Of a stretch of DNA of 64,000 nucleotides, positions 22,760 to 35,300 are shown piece by piece. The position numbers and the translations under genes are program-made. Below the pieces are notes generated by a model. That model made no database searches. It was given only the letters and a program-made list of their open reading frames with translations, and was not told where the DNA came from. This DNA is from Lama guanicoe (lineage: Eukaryota). The stretch lies in the NCBI GenBank assembly GCA_013239625.1, contig MU054391.1, positions 6,593,824 through 6,657,823 on the forward strand, in the 5' to 3' direction. How positions within the stretch are numbered: position 1 is the first letter of the stretch; each line of letters begins with the position of its first letter.

Positions 22760-24324
22760 GGGAGGGAAGGATGGAGGAAAGAGAAGAGACAGAGACCCGT
22801 GTGCTGGGCGCTCGCCCTTTCTCGGCGCCTTCCCTGTGCGAGCCTGGGGTCTGCCCGCCTGGAGCTCACAGCCTGGAGGTGGGGAGACAGGTGAGGACCC
22901 ACATGGGCCTTTGCAGCGGGTCATGCAAGCAGAACTGCACAGCCCTTGAGCTCAGGGAAGGCACCTGAAGCTGGTCCTCTGTGCTGCATCCCGCAGACAC
23001 ATCAGGAAAGGGCACCCCAGGAGAAAGTGGTTCCAGCACACACAGGTAATGGGTACTCTCCGGTGAAGACTGTATTTCGAAGATGTCACCTCTCGGGTGT
23101 AAGAGCAAGTGAATGCCGTTCCTCCATTTGTGACGGGTCTTGAGTCTCTGGGAGGAGGGGTGGGGTGAGGAGTACAAATTGTTTTCAGGTCCAACCTCCC
23201 TTTGACTTGATGCTCATTCTACAGTTCTGCCTGCATTTTGAGTCATTCACACCCACACAGCTCAGCTCCTAGGCGCTGGTGGCCGGGTCTCAGTGAGTGA
23301 GGGGCTGCGGCAGGGTGGGGTCTGGGGAGAAAGAGCCCTTGGGCTCATCAGCCACAAGGGGAAGCGAGTACCTCCTCACAGGGCGTGTGGCACTTCTGTC
23401 CCCCACAGTGGGCTCACCAGCACATGACAGGCACCACGCTGGGAACACTGACGAGGGAGACACAAGCCGTTAAGGGCCTACCAAGTGCCAGGATATGTGG
23501 TCTTGGCAGGGCCAGCCCTTCCCAGAATGCCAAGTGCCGTGTTCTAGAACTTTCTCCCTGTGCACAGTGCCCTCGTCCTCTCAGACCCCCAGGAAGCGGT
23601 GTCCTCTGCCCCTGTCACTCTGGCCTGGTCAGAGAAACAGCACCTAAGTAAAATAATAATAATAATGGAAACAAGGAAATGGCAAGTGATTCGGTGCCTC
23701 ATCTCACTGAGCCCCGGCCACAACTCTTCCTTCTGCAGCTGAGACTCGCCCTCCACTGGGAGCTGGTGGGTGAAGCAGACACATCCCACCCCGGCTGTCG
23801 GGCTCTAAAGCTCCTGCCGTTTCTGAGATGAGTCACTTCTGAGCTGTAATCAAACCGCTGCAGCTCCAGGTGTGCCCTGGTCCCTAGCTGGGGTGGTGAC
23901 AGAGCTTAGAACCAAGGGATGAGAAATGAAGGTGGAATTTCTGGAAGCAGGCGCGGGGGCAGGGCCAGCCTTCCCAAGGCGCCTCTGAAATCCCCTCACA
24001 GGGGCTGTTTCCTGTTCACAGCTGCGTGGGACCAGCCCTTGGAATAGATTTCCAGCTGGTCCTGTTCTAGATTGGAGTCAATTTAGTTCAAGTTAAAATA
24101 TCAGAAAGGATGTGCCTGAAGAATTATATCCTCCTGCCTGCCCCCCGGGTTGGAAGCTTGAAGTGAGAGGGGACTATCAGGAAAGACTGAGTTTTCAGGG
24201 ACCCCATTTCCTTGCAGAGGCCGCTGTGTCCTACCTCTGCTGCACATGGAGAACTTCGTCCCCACCGGGCACTGGTGTGCTTGGTTATAGCCGCATGGCA
24301 GCCCATCTTCTGCATGAAGAACCC

Positions 24325-24410
24325 AAGGCTCAAGGTCACTTAGCTGATTAATGGCAGAACCAGGGTTCAAACCCAAGTTTCTTGGACTCAGAGTCTGTTC
24401 ACTTGCCCTT
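24325..24410 (-). mobile_element. MIR fragment
   Basis: 'caaggtcacttagctgattaatggcagaaccagggttcaaaccc'. Confidence 0.7.
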
Positions 24411-25440
24411 CCATTGCTAATTTCCATGACAGGCAGCATCAGGGAATGGCATCTCAAAGCACAATAAAAAGTGTTTTGAAAAGTAACTTGGAAACGTTTG
24501 GCCACTATTTCCTCACCCCATGAATCACTTGGTGTCTTTACAAGGGGATAAGATTCAGCTTCTTAAAGATTCACAATCGCTCTAAAAATAACAGGATTGT
24601 AAGCACCTGGCTGGCTCTCACAGTGCCTTTCACTCTTTCATCTTGTATTTCAATGATGGGTGTAAAATGCTTAGTTGTCAATAAAGCCCCCGTGGGTACC
24701 CACTCATCTGTCCAGGGCAGGGCAGTTGTGCTGGCTGTGGTCTGTCCTGGCTGGGAACTCCTCAGGCCCAGGTATTTTGTTTCCAGGGGAGGGGGTCTGT
24801 CCATTAGGCACAGGTAGAGGATGGCTTTCACTGCCCTCGGCACCATGTGCACTTTTAAGGCCCTCAGAACATCAGCGACCATCTTGCCCTGGGCTCTGAG
24901 CTCCCTCCTCAAACCTGCCGGTCCCCAGGTTATGAATCCCCAGACTCCAAGTGATTTTCGCCCCTTCAGTGCCAGCAGAAACATCCCTCTCTCCTTGCCC
25001 TTTCTGCATGCCGCGGGTCCTGGGTTTGCTTCCTCCAGGGTCTGTTGTCTATTACTTTCAAGCAGATTAAGCTGGCTTTTAAAACTCCACCTGGCTTCTT
25101 CTATCAACCTCTCAAGGCGAGAGCTCCATTGGCAAGCCCTCTTTTGGCTTTTTTCCTTTCTTTTTTTGGTTGCAGTTGATGAAAATCCAACTTGAAGTAG
25201 GTTAGATAAAAGCTGAGTTGCTGGCAAGACTCGGGCCATCAGGGAAGCAGGGGCTATGGCCAGACCTTGCAGGTGCCAAGAGCCTCCATAATTTTCTCTC
25301 TCTCATCTCTGACTCTCCCAAAACGTCAGTTTTATTTTCCTCTAACTGCCTCAGGGCAATGTGGAATCCAAAATCCCTAAACCCCAATTCTGTTTAGATC
25401 TGCCAAAGGATTAATTTTTTTTAAGAACAAGAAAATTTTG

Positions 25441-25540
25441 GGGGCTTTTTTGGGGGGGGTAATTAGGTTTTTATTTATTTGATTTTTTTTTAAAGGGCGG
25501 TACTGGAGATTGAACCCAGGAACTCATACATGCTAAGCAT
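25441..25540 (-). mobile_element. 5'-truncated Vic-1-like SINE, long-tail form
   Basis: Reverse complement 'atgcttagcatgtatgagttcctgggttcaatctccagtacc...aataaaaacctaattacccccc'; A-box half missing; flanked by aaggattaatttt / aaggattgatttt. Confidence 0.85.
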
Positions 25541-26344
25541 AAGGATTGATTTTTCTTTTTAAGAGTAAAATTGTGACTCTCCTAGAAATAAGAAATGATA
25601 CAGGTCAAAGATTTTCTTTAACTAATTAATTAATGAAAGATCCAGTAGGATGAAAAAAAAAGCCAAGTTTAAAAAAGAAGCCAAAGAAGAGAGAGATGTG
25701 TGTATATGTGTGCCTACACGCAGTCAGGAATGCAGAAATGAGTTTGCGGAGAAGTGTACAACTGTCTTCTTCCACTTGGGGTGGTAATCAATCGCAATTT
25801 GGCAGGACAAAACTGTTTGCATTTCTATGAACAGAAATAACTTGCATCGCCGTCGGCTCTCCACAGTGAACTTTCATCTTTAAAAAGTTGAATAATAATC
25901 AAAGACAATGAAAGACACAGACTCCTGTAGAATGAGTTACCCCGAAACTGTCCCCTAGGCAATGTCTAGCAGCCCATTGAAATGACTTCCAATCAGTTTT
26001 TGCCCACGTTTCAGAGTTTCACAATTTTTCTAGGCAGATCACATGCCCCGGGACCGATTAACCGTGGCAGAAGGGCAGGGTGCTGGGAGTGGCCCAGCCT
26101 GGGACAGGTGTACAGCCCCAGGCCCATCATTCTGTCCAGCAGACAGGGGCACATACCCTTGCCATGGCTACAGGGACCCCATCGGAGGATACTGGGGAAA
26201 GACCCCAGAAGAAGTGAAATAGTTGTCACTGGGATGCCACCCGCTTCTCGTCCCCACGTTGTCCACCGTGGAAGTGTTACGTTGAAGTCCGTATCTCAAT
26301 GTATTCTCCAGATTTTCTCTTTCCCATACTTCTTTATTTTCAGA

Positions 26345-26750
26345 TTATTATTTTTTATTGAAGTATAGTCAATTTGCAATACTAATTTGTTTTAGGTGTA
26401 TGACATAGTGATTCAGTATTTTTACAGATTATACTCCATTAAGTTATTACAAGATAATGGCTATATAATTCCCTGTGCTATACAATATATTGGATTATGG
26501 TTTTTTAAATTTAATTTTTATTTTTAACACTTTTATTATGGTATAATTCCTGTACAGTAAACTATACATATTTCAGATATACAATTTGATGAATTTTGAT
26601 AGACGCACACAGCTATGAAACCACCGTCACAATCAAGATAGCTAACATAGCCATCATTTCCCAAGGGGTGCAAATTTCGAGCTCCCAGTGTATTCCTTCC
26701 CACCCCTTCTACCCCCTGGTAACCATAAGTTTGTTCTCTGTGTTTGTTTC
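26345..26750 (-). mobile_element. Two adjacent L1 3'-end fragments (~26345-26490 younger; ~26525-26750 L1MA/MB-like)
   Basis: 'ttttattgaagtatagtcaattt...ccctgtgctatacaatat'; 'atatacaatttgatgaattttga...aaaccaccgtcacaatcaagata...cccctggtaaccataagtttgttctc'. Confidence 0.8.
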
Positions 26751-26887
26751 CCACACTTCTTATCTTCAGTGAAAGCATAGAACTTGTTTTCAGCAGCTTA
26801 CATTTGCTCCTAAGTTTCTGATGCTTCCTTCTGGACCAGTTTTCTGTTCACCTAGCAATTTCTAAAGTCTTCATACCACTGATTGTC

Positions 26888-27200
26888 CATCATTCATTCA
26901 TTCATTCATTCATTTTCTCAACGCATGTTTAAGTACCAGCCAGGCTCTGTATTTGCTGCTGGGCATTTAGCTACAAGCATCGTGCACCATGTCCCTGCCT
27001 CCTTGAGCTCTCCTCGCGGAGAAGGCAGCCAGCAAACAGGTAAAAAAATATATGTATTATTATTTCCAACAGTTCTAAGAAGGAACTTGACCAAAGGTGA
27101 TGGGTGAGGTAGAGTCGGGTGATCAGGGTGCGACTTCGACGTGAGGGGGAGCCACCCCAACAGAGACTGAGGGTCAGAATCCCAGGCAGAGGGCTGAGCG
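26888..27200 (-). mobile_element. L2 3' end with (CATT)n tail
   Basis: 'cattcattcattcattcattcatt...atgtttaagtacc...catgtccctgcctccttgagct'. Confidence 0.7.
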
Positions 27201-29599
27201 TGTACGGGGCCCCCAGCGAGAAAAGTTTCACCCTATCAGCAGCCAGACATAGAAAATATTATATTCCGACATCTTCCATGGATTACCAAATTCCAGGCAT
27301 ACAAGCTGTATCATTGCACATATTTTTTTGTTTTGAGATTATAAAGGTATACTGGTCAAGGTAATAGGATGGGACGTATTTTATCTAACAGTCTGTTAGC
27401 TCGGCATAGAACCTTTAAATATTTAGACTCATGGTGTGAGAGCCCCTGTTTGTCCCAGGCCCCACAGTCTGAAGGGCGGGCCTGCCCCGCAGCACGTTCG
27501 AGGGGGCTGCACCATCACGGAGCCTCCGTGACTGGCTGGCGAGTGAGAAGCAGTAGGGAAGGGGGCTGATTTGAGGGCAAGACCAGAGGGCCAGGCTCCT
27601 GGGCAGCCAGAGCGGTTCTGCCTGGTGTTTCTGGACCCCAGCGGCACACAAGCCCTCATGCACCCAGCTCTGCTCCGGTCCAGGCGAGCTGCTCTAGCCG
27701 ATGAGAGGCTTTGCCCACAGTTGGAGTCCCCAGGCCCAGACGAGCCGGCCTCCTTCCTTATTCCTCTTGCTGCCAGCGGCTATGACAATGCTTTTCTTCA
27801 TGTGGGACAGAGGGGAGGCCCCATCCTATGTGATGGGTCCAAAAGGCCAAGACAGTGGGTCAAAGTCTTGAAGCCCATGAGAGAGCTCGCCACGGGAAGG
27901 AAGCATGTGCTCCCCTTGGCCTACCCTCACCCCTGGGACTCTGGGGTGGGCTTCCTGGGCTGCAGGATGGGACGGGGTGCCCGGGGCTGCAGGGATGACC
28001 AGGATGACCAAGAGGAGCATCTTGGACAGGGACTCCGAAAGCCACTTAAAAGACTCAGCGAGAGTCCCTCCCCTCCGCAGGAAGACCTCAGTAATGAGCA
28101 GCTACCGGTTCCTTCAAATCAGCGCATAATTTGATACAACGGCTATTCCACAGACAATTAGCTGTCCAGTTGTTCCTTAATAATGGATGATCTAAACCTG
28201 ATTCACTCAGGGTCGGGTGTGGCTTCCCTGCATCCCCACGTATCTAATTAGCACCTTCTCTCAGAGGCAGACAGAGAAGTCATTAACTGCCATGTACTGG
28301 CCCAGGCCCCACAGTTCCTGCTTCAGACGTGAGCCGACAGCCCACTGTGCTCGGAGCGCTGGGCTAGGGCCAGGGAGGACAGCACACACCTTCCAGAAGG
28401 AGAAACACAGCATGAAGGAGCCCAGTACGTCATATGGCAATGACCGTGCCAGATACGTGGTCAGGGCGACGCTGGGCTCAGGACTTGGGGGTTGTCTCTG
28501 GCTGGGGCATCAGGGGGACCTCAGGGGAGGGGGAGGCGGTGTGTTTAGGTTGAAGGATTAGCACTCTCGTGGTTGATCCGCATCTCTGTGTGAAGTCACT
28601 GGGCTCTGAGATGCCGGCCATCTGTATGTGTGAACTGGCTCCTGCCGCGGGCGGGACCCTGGCTTCCTGTCTCACAGAGTGGTCCTTGAGGCCCAGGGCT
28701 GAACAGATGCTCCCAGAGGGCAATCCTGGGATAGAGCTGCCCTGAAATCTGGCCGGATTACTTGCCAGCTCTGTGCTCAGCTTCACTGTCAGGAGGGGGC
28801 TAACAGCACAAGGGTGACAGCAGGGTTAATGGCACGGAATTCAGACTTGTCCTCAAATCAGAGGACTAATTTCCCTGTTCTACCACAACACTGCTGCACA
28901 GCTCTGGTTTTTGAAACCTTATATTCTTTCAAAATTGTTTTGGAATATTCTGCTGTTAAATCACCCAACACAAGTGATAGTCCCCCAAGAGGGCCAAAAT
29001 TGGTTCTCAGGGTGAACATTTTTTACTCTTTTTATGTGTGAAGCACGGAGTGAAGACATAGGGCATAAGCAGATAGGCAGTGAGTCTGTCATACGAAAGT
29101 TTCACAGGGGTAGGGGCTAATAGGAAACGTCTAAAAAGGCCCTTGAGGGACAGCCACGAAGTCGATGCCGCGCTTCAGGGAGAGGAGCCTGATGACCACA
29201 TGCCCCGTGTTTTTCTAAGCAGATATTTTGCCTGCTGCAGAGACTGGGAAAGACACATCACGCATCCGCTTACTCCACCGTTCAGCATATGTTAACAGGC
29301 ACCTGTCCTGTGCCGGTCACGATTCCTGGAGCTGTGAACACGGTGCAGCAAAAGTTCCCGTGCTCACTGCCCAAGGCCTCGGGTGGCCTCTGTGGCTCCG
29401 CCGGGTCTGCCCGCCACCCCATCCCCGTGCCCTCACCACCTCCTGTTCTCCCCTCACTTCATCACCTGCTCTGGCCTCATCACTGCTCCTGAAAAACCCC
29501 ACTCTAGGGCGCTTCACCAGCGTTTTCTCTGGTTTGGAATCCTCCTCTCTGCTCTCGTCACACATGCTTCCTTGCAGACACTTCTTCTTGCCTCCAGGC

Positions 29600-29715
29600 C
29601 ACGGAACCATCATTAACTGAGGACCTCCTGTGAGTCTGGCACCACAGTCACCACTGTATCCCTAAGGCCTGGCACCCAGGAGTAATAAATATTTCTTGGA
29701 TAAATGATTGAATGG
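29600..29715 (+). mobile_element. L2 3' end
   Basis: 'cactgtatccctaaggcctggcaccc...aataaatatttcttggataaatgattgaatg'. Confidence 0.7.
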
Positions 29716-29896
29716 CAATAGCTGTGTGGCCAGACTAAAAAGCCCAGACCTGATCATTCCAAAAAGAATTTGACTAAGAAGCCAAAATAGCAGAAGAAAG
29801 CACGTTTCTTCCGTTAACACCAAATGGAGACTCTTTTCTGAACGCCAGCAAAAGCAATCAGCTTCACCCAAAAGGCACGACACAGATAGAAAGGCG

Positions 29897-30369
29897 TGTT
29901 ATTGATCTATGAGGCGTCACAAACTACACAGGAACTTGTGGCTCAAAAGCACGACGAACACTCGTTATCACTCCTGGTTTCCGTATATGAGGAATGGGGG
30001 GCAGTTGTGCGGGTGGTTCTGATTGGCGCGTTGCAGGTGAGATGCTGGCATCTGAAGGTTTGCCTTGGGCTGGGGCGTCTGCTTCCACAGTGGCTCGCTC
30101 ACACTGCTGGGAGCATGATGCTGGCTCTTGGTGGAAGGCCTCGGCTCCTCTCTCTACGGGTCCCTCCCCAGGGCTGCTGCAGCATCTTCGTGATATTGTG
30201 ACTGGCTTCCTCCAGAGCAAGAGAGGCCCTCAGAGTCACACACTGTCGCTCCTGCTGGATTTTACAGGCCAGGCAGGCCAGCGTGGTCCACCGTGGGCAG
30301 AGACCACCCAAGGGCATGACATCACAGAGTGAAGTTCACCGGGGGCCCCCTGGGAGGCTGGCTGCCACA
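29897..30369 (-). mobile_element. MLT1 (F/G/H-like) MaLR LTR
   Basis: 'tgttattgatctatgaggcgtcacaaactac...catctgaaggtttg...gcttccacagtggctcgctcaca...ctggctgccaca'. Confidence 0.75.
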
Positions 30370-30409
30370 GTCTGTCCTCTGGCCAATACCATCCTACACA
30401 TTCCTTTTT

Positions 30410-30845
30410 CCCCTATAGTTTCTGCGAGTCAGGACATCAGTGGCTTGGCTAGGTGGGTCCGATTCCAGGTCTCTCAGGAAACTGCATTTCAGGGTCAGCT
30501 TGGGCCACAGTCTTCTGAAGACTTACCTGGGGCTGGAGGCGCTGCTTCCGAGGTGCCCCCTCTCATGACTGGGAGCTGATGCTGGCTCAGTTCCTTCCAT
30601 GTGGCCTTCTCCACAGGGCAGCTTGAGCATCCTCACAACATGGCAGCTGGCTTCCCCTAGCACGAGTGATCCCAGAGGAGTCCAGGAGCAAACTGCCATG
30701 TCTTCTGTGGCTTAGCCTCAGAATAACACACTGTCACTTCCATAACATTTTCTTGGTCACATGGGCCAACCCTTACTGAGTGAGGGAAGGGACCACACAG
30801 GGCATGAAAACCCAAAAGTGAGACGCATTGTGAGCCATCTCGTAA
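30410..30845 (-). mobile_element. Second MLT1 (F/G/H-like) LTR
   Basis: 'tctgaagacttacctggggctggagg', 'gcttgagcatcctcacaacatggcagctggcttccc', 'gggaagggaccacacagggcatgaa'. Confidence 0.75.
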
Positions 30846-31089
30846 TGCAAAAGCAATAATGAAACCAGACATGATTTTGAGCAACTGAGAGGATGTAAGC
30901 AAAGAAAATTCATTTAGAATATTTCCCTTCAGCATCCCAGAATTAGCAATGTAGTTGTTATTTCTTCTCTATTGACTGGTTCTATGTTGAATATCATTTA
31001 CACCATTGTTATGTGATAGGCATTGTTTATTTGGTTTCAATGTTCAACACAGGAAAATCGGGGAAGACTTTAACAATTAGAAGTACAAG

Positions 31090-32360
31090 ACAGAATAGCA
31101 ATGTTTGAAGGATGACAATATAAAAGCGATGGTAGAATAAAAAGCCGGAGTGTGGGTGCAGTGAGCAGAGGTGGGGAGACGTGTAGGGGCACGAATTAGC
31201 CATCGTCACATGATGGGAGAGGAACAGACACTTCCTATAATTGACGGATCGATGAATAAAGGTTTATAGGCAATGTCTAAATTTATGTAGGTAACCATTA
31301 GGTTCTTAGGTAACCCAAGAAGAAGTATAAATATTACTTTAAAATTGCAAGGAGGATTTGAGGGAAGGGGGGGCAGTGAAAGTGATCAAAGTTATTAGCC
31401 TTCATGGATGGGAGTCAATAAATATTGCTTCAAATTAATAAAGCCAAAGAGAGACCTAAACATAGTATTAAGATAAAACAAAACAAAAACAGGCAAATGT
31501 GTGCTTTTTTTTTTAACCTCTGAAATATATAATACATACAGTATTATGTACTGTTGGAATTTATATTTCCATGTACATTTATTGCTTTTTAAAATCAATA
31601 TTTTATCATCTCTCTCTGGCTTTAGAGAGTCACAATTCAAAGACTCTGAAGTACAGTTAAAAGACACCAAGAGAAAAAAGTCTAGTTTCCCCAGTGCATA
31701 CAGGAACTGAGAATTTAGGGTGAATGTTATGATCTGATAGGTAATATTTATACTAGCAGGTACCTCATAGGATTACTGTGCAAACTAGAGACAATAGTGA
31801 ATGTAAAGCATTAATCGGTCTCTGAAACAAGGTAAGTACCAAATAAATATTCATTGTTGATCCCATTACTGTTATAATTATAATCTATTAATACAAATAA
31901 TAATATATTGATTAGAGCAGGAAACGATATTAAGCCATATTGAAGTAATAAATGTTTAAGTAGTCATTAATTAGTTCAAGAAACACCTTGCTTCGATACG
32001 AACAGGTATGCTTGCACCAATGAAATACTATGAAATCATTAAAAATGATTTTGAAAGAGGTTGTCTACTGTTATGGAAGGATATTAAGTGAAATCATTAT
32101 ATTTCAAAAAGGTACATTACATGTAATGCAGGATTTTTAAAAATAGGCTAAGCATATGATAAATGAATGCTGATAAATACTTACTGGGTGAATAGATGAC
32201 CTAATGCTAATACGTGTACACACACACACACACACACACACGCAGAGCAACCACAAAAATACTCATATTGCTTATCACCAGGTAGAAAGATTTGGAGCAA
32301 TTTCTACATTTTTCCTTTTAAATTTGCATTTTCTAAACAATCATTAAAATATATGATTAC
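31090..32360 (+). mobile_element. AT-rich mix of old L1/HAL1-like relics and a MIR tail
   Basis: 'aatgaaatactatgaaatcattaaaaatga' (L1 3'UTR-like); 'tacctcataggattactgtg...atgtaaagcatt...aataaatatt' (MIR tail, ~31745-31860). Confidence 0.5.
32218..32241. repeat. (AC)12 microsatellite
   Basis: Perfect AC run. Confidence 0.95.
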
Positions 32361-35300
32361 CTTTGCAGGACAAAGCAAACAAACAAAAATAGAGAAAGAA
32401 ACATTAGGAAGTTATTTAAAGACACTCTTATTTAGAAACTCTAAAAATTGTTCCTATTATGACTTGTCATTTGATCGCAAAGAGTATTGGGTCAGAAGGT
32501 GCGTAACTGTCAGAGGGAATCAGCTATGTGCTAAGTGACCTTTAGGAAGGCAGTTTGGGGCCAGAAGTTCCATCTTCTTTCCGTTATCCCCAGGGGGACA
32601 AGTACAAGAATTGTTGGCATGATGCCTGGGAGAAAATGACCAAGTTTTCAAAGGTTGGTCTCAAAACCTGAAATTGATGGCAAAACAAAACACACCCAGA
32701 GGAGGAGAATCCAGCGCGATCTTTCCTTCCACACAGAGGGAGGCTGAGAGCTGCCATCCAATATCCCGCAACAGAAAACACAAAAACATCCCTGCTCCCT
32801 GGCAGGCCTGATCTTTCTGGGCCTAAACTATCCATTTAGGCAAATCTGATCCTCACTCAAGGTTGTGAGCAATTCATGAAAATATTAAACGTGGGCTAAA
32901 GTAGTCCTCTCCTGTGATTCACTGAAAAGCTGTAAGTTGAACATTATGATTACTTTCACAAATGACAGCTCCTCCCAAACTGATCGCTTGTTTGCTGAAA
33001 ACAGTCAATGCTTTTGTAATGAACGATTATCATTTATCTTTGGGAAATTGGGGGTTTCAAGTTTTGTTCTTTTGATAGTATTAAAACGCAGGTCATTTCA
33101 AAACAGAATCTGCTATTCCACTGGCTTTAGAATGTTCCTGAAAAGGAGGCATACTATTTTAAAATTATGCTTCCCCTAAAAAGAAAGAAGGGGGTTCTCA
33201 ATTGTCCCAAAAAGTAGATGAGATGCATTTCAAGGCATTCCTCTGCCTTCCAAATCCTTCTGCCTGCCCTCCCCCAGCCAAGCCCATTCCAGTGAGTTAG
33301 GGAATCTATTTTGTGTGAATCAGAGCTGCGCCCCATTACCTGCCAATTTTCCATAATTTCCAAATAACATTTCTTTTTAATTTTCTTGAAATATAATATG
33401 GCCGCCAAGGTTGCATTCACTTGTGTGAAATTCTTTGAAAGTTAAGAGACGCAATAGCAGAACAGGAAATAGGTATTTTTTAATTCAATTGAATACAAAG
33501 CAGAAGTCATGGAAGTGGCTAAGCCCAGGAGAAAAGCTAGGAGACTTTTCTCAGAACTCAGGGAGATGGGAAGGCAAATGGCAGGAGGGATGAGGAAGGT
33601 AAGACCAGAGAGCTCGCTGCCCGGCTGGAATGTTCCAGGGCTTTCCTGCGGCTTCTCGCGTGCTTGCCACAGCACAATGACATGCTTACGATTATTATTA
33701 TTATTAATTGTTATTGTTAGGTTGCTTTTACAAATGAGGGATGGAGAGAACATATATTTCTGCCAGAAAGAAAATCCCAAAAAGAAAAATAAGATTCATC
33801 TTGCTTCTCTTGGCCCCAAACTCCAGATTTTCATTCTCAAAGTGCTGCCCTCAATGCAGAGCCGGTGCAGAGCACATGCTGAAGTCAATTTAATGTTCTC
33901 TCTACTGCTCTCCCCTCAGACTCTGGAAAGTTTCCTTTCCGGAGGGGGTGGAGGGAGTCAGGGAAAGCCATGCCATCCAAGAACATTCTGATTCCCTGGG
34001 AAGAAGTTCTGACCACTCCCCAGCTGATACGGCTTCAGTTGTGGGGGATCAGAGCCAAAAGGGACCAAGGCGACTCCATATCTTATTGGGGAAAAATAGA
34101 AGTAGAAAGAGGAGAGATAACTTGCTGGAATCACCCAGAGAATCAGTGGAGCCACGTTGGGAGCCCAGGCCCCCTCCTCCCTGCTCAGGGCTCTCACTTG
34201 AACATGCGCCCTGCCCTCCCCGCTGGTGCGGCCTCTGCTTATCTCATCCCCACCCCTCATCCTCTTCCTTCCAACCACATGCTGAGCCCTGGAGACAGGC
34301 TACGGTGGGGTTTCTTCGTCTTTAGAACCCACAAGAACATCTTGCCTATGGCATGTAGTCAACCCATGATCATGCTGGGCTGTTGTCTTCGAGTGGTCCA
34401 CGCTCCTGTCTTTGCTCATCCTATGTCACCATCAAGGCCATTAACCCTCCTTGTGCCAGTGTTTCCTTCCCTGATGTGCTCAAGCAAACTGGGAGAGCAA
34501 TCCCATGCCATTTAGCAAACTCTGGCAGAGACAAAAGAACTCTTCAATTCTGCCCGGATGCCCACTTGCTACAAAAAAAGAGAAGATTCTCAACACACAC
34601 TTTCCAGCACCTGCTCTGTGCCAGGCACTGGGCTAGGCCGAGGGAGGTCCCCGAGGTGGGTGAGGCAGACCCTCACTCTCTTGTCACCCTTCATCTAGGA
34701 GGGAAGGCCAGACTGCTGGACAGAGTGTGCCCTGTGGACACCAACCTGCACAGCGAGGGAGTTTTTCCCTGGAAGGAAAGTTGTTGGGAACAAGGCAGTT
34801 GAGAGTCTTGGCAAGAATTTGGTTCTCAACGTGCCATGGAGCCCATACCAGCGAGGGAGGAAGCAAAGATGAGGAGGAGGGATACAGAAGAGAGGCGAGG
34901 GTGGTGTCTCCAAGCGATCAACGTGCAGCTGTAACAGCAGCGAGAGCGACGGATCCGGGAGTTTAGAGACTGTGATCAGAGTGGACCCTGGGCTTCAGGC
35001 TTTCTGCGGTGGCCTTCCTCTGGGTGGTGGTAAGTTCCAGCACTGACCAGTCTCCCTAAGGAGTAATTTTCCCTGCTGGGGCACTTAAAGCCCTCGTGTG
35101 AGAGGAAGGTAACGCAGCAGTCCCGCTGCTGCTCCTGACTCAGTCAGAGATTTCATTATCCATCATCCGATCTTTTTCTGGCTCCACTGATTCCCTTAGA
35201 GGGCCTCCTTTTTTTTAAGGTTCTTCTCTGAGTGACCTGTTTTGCTTTTCCCTTCACTCAGCCTTCAGAATACCTTAAAGAGGTTACTCCTTTTTTAGGC

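Noticed and set aside
22411..22968. ORF with an ER-repeat (EREREREK)
   Set aside because: Translation of the (GA)18 microsatellite and an adjacent MIR
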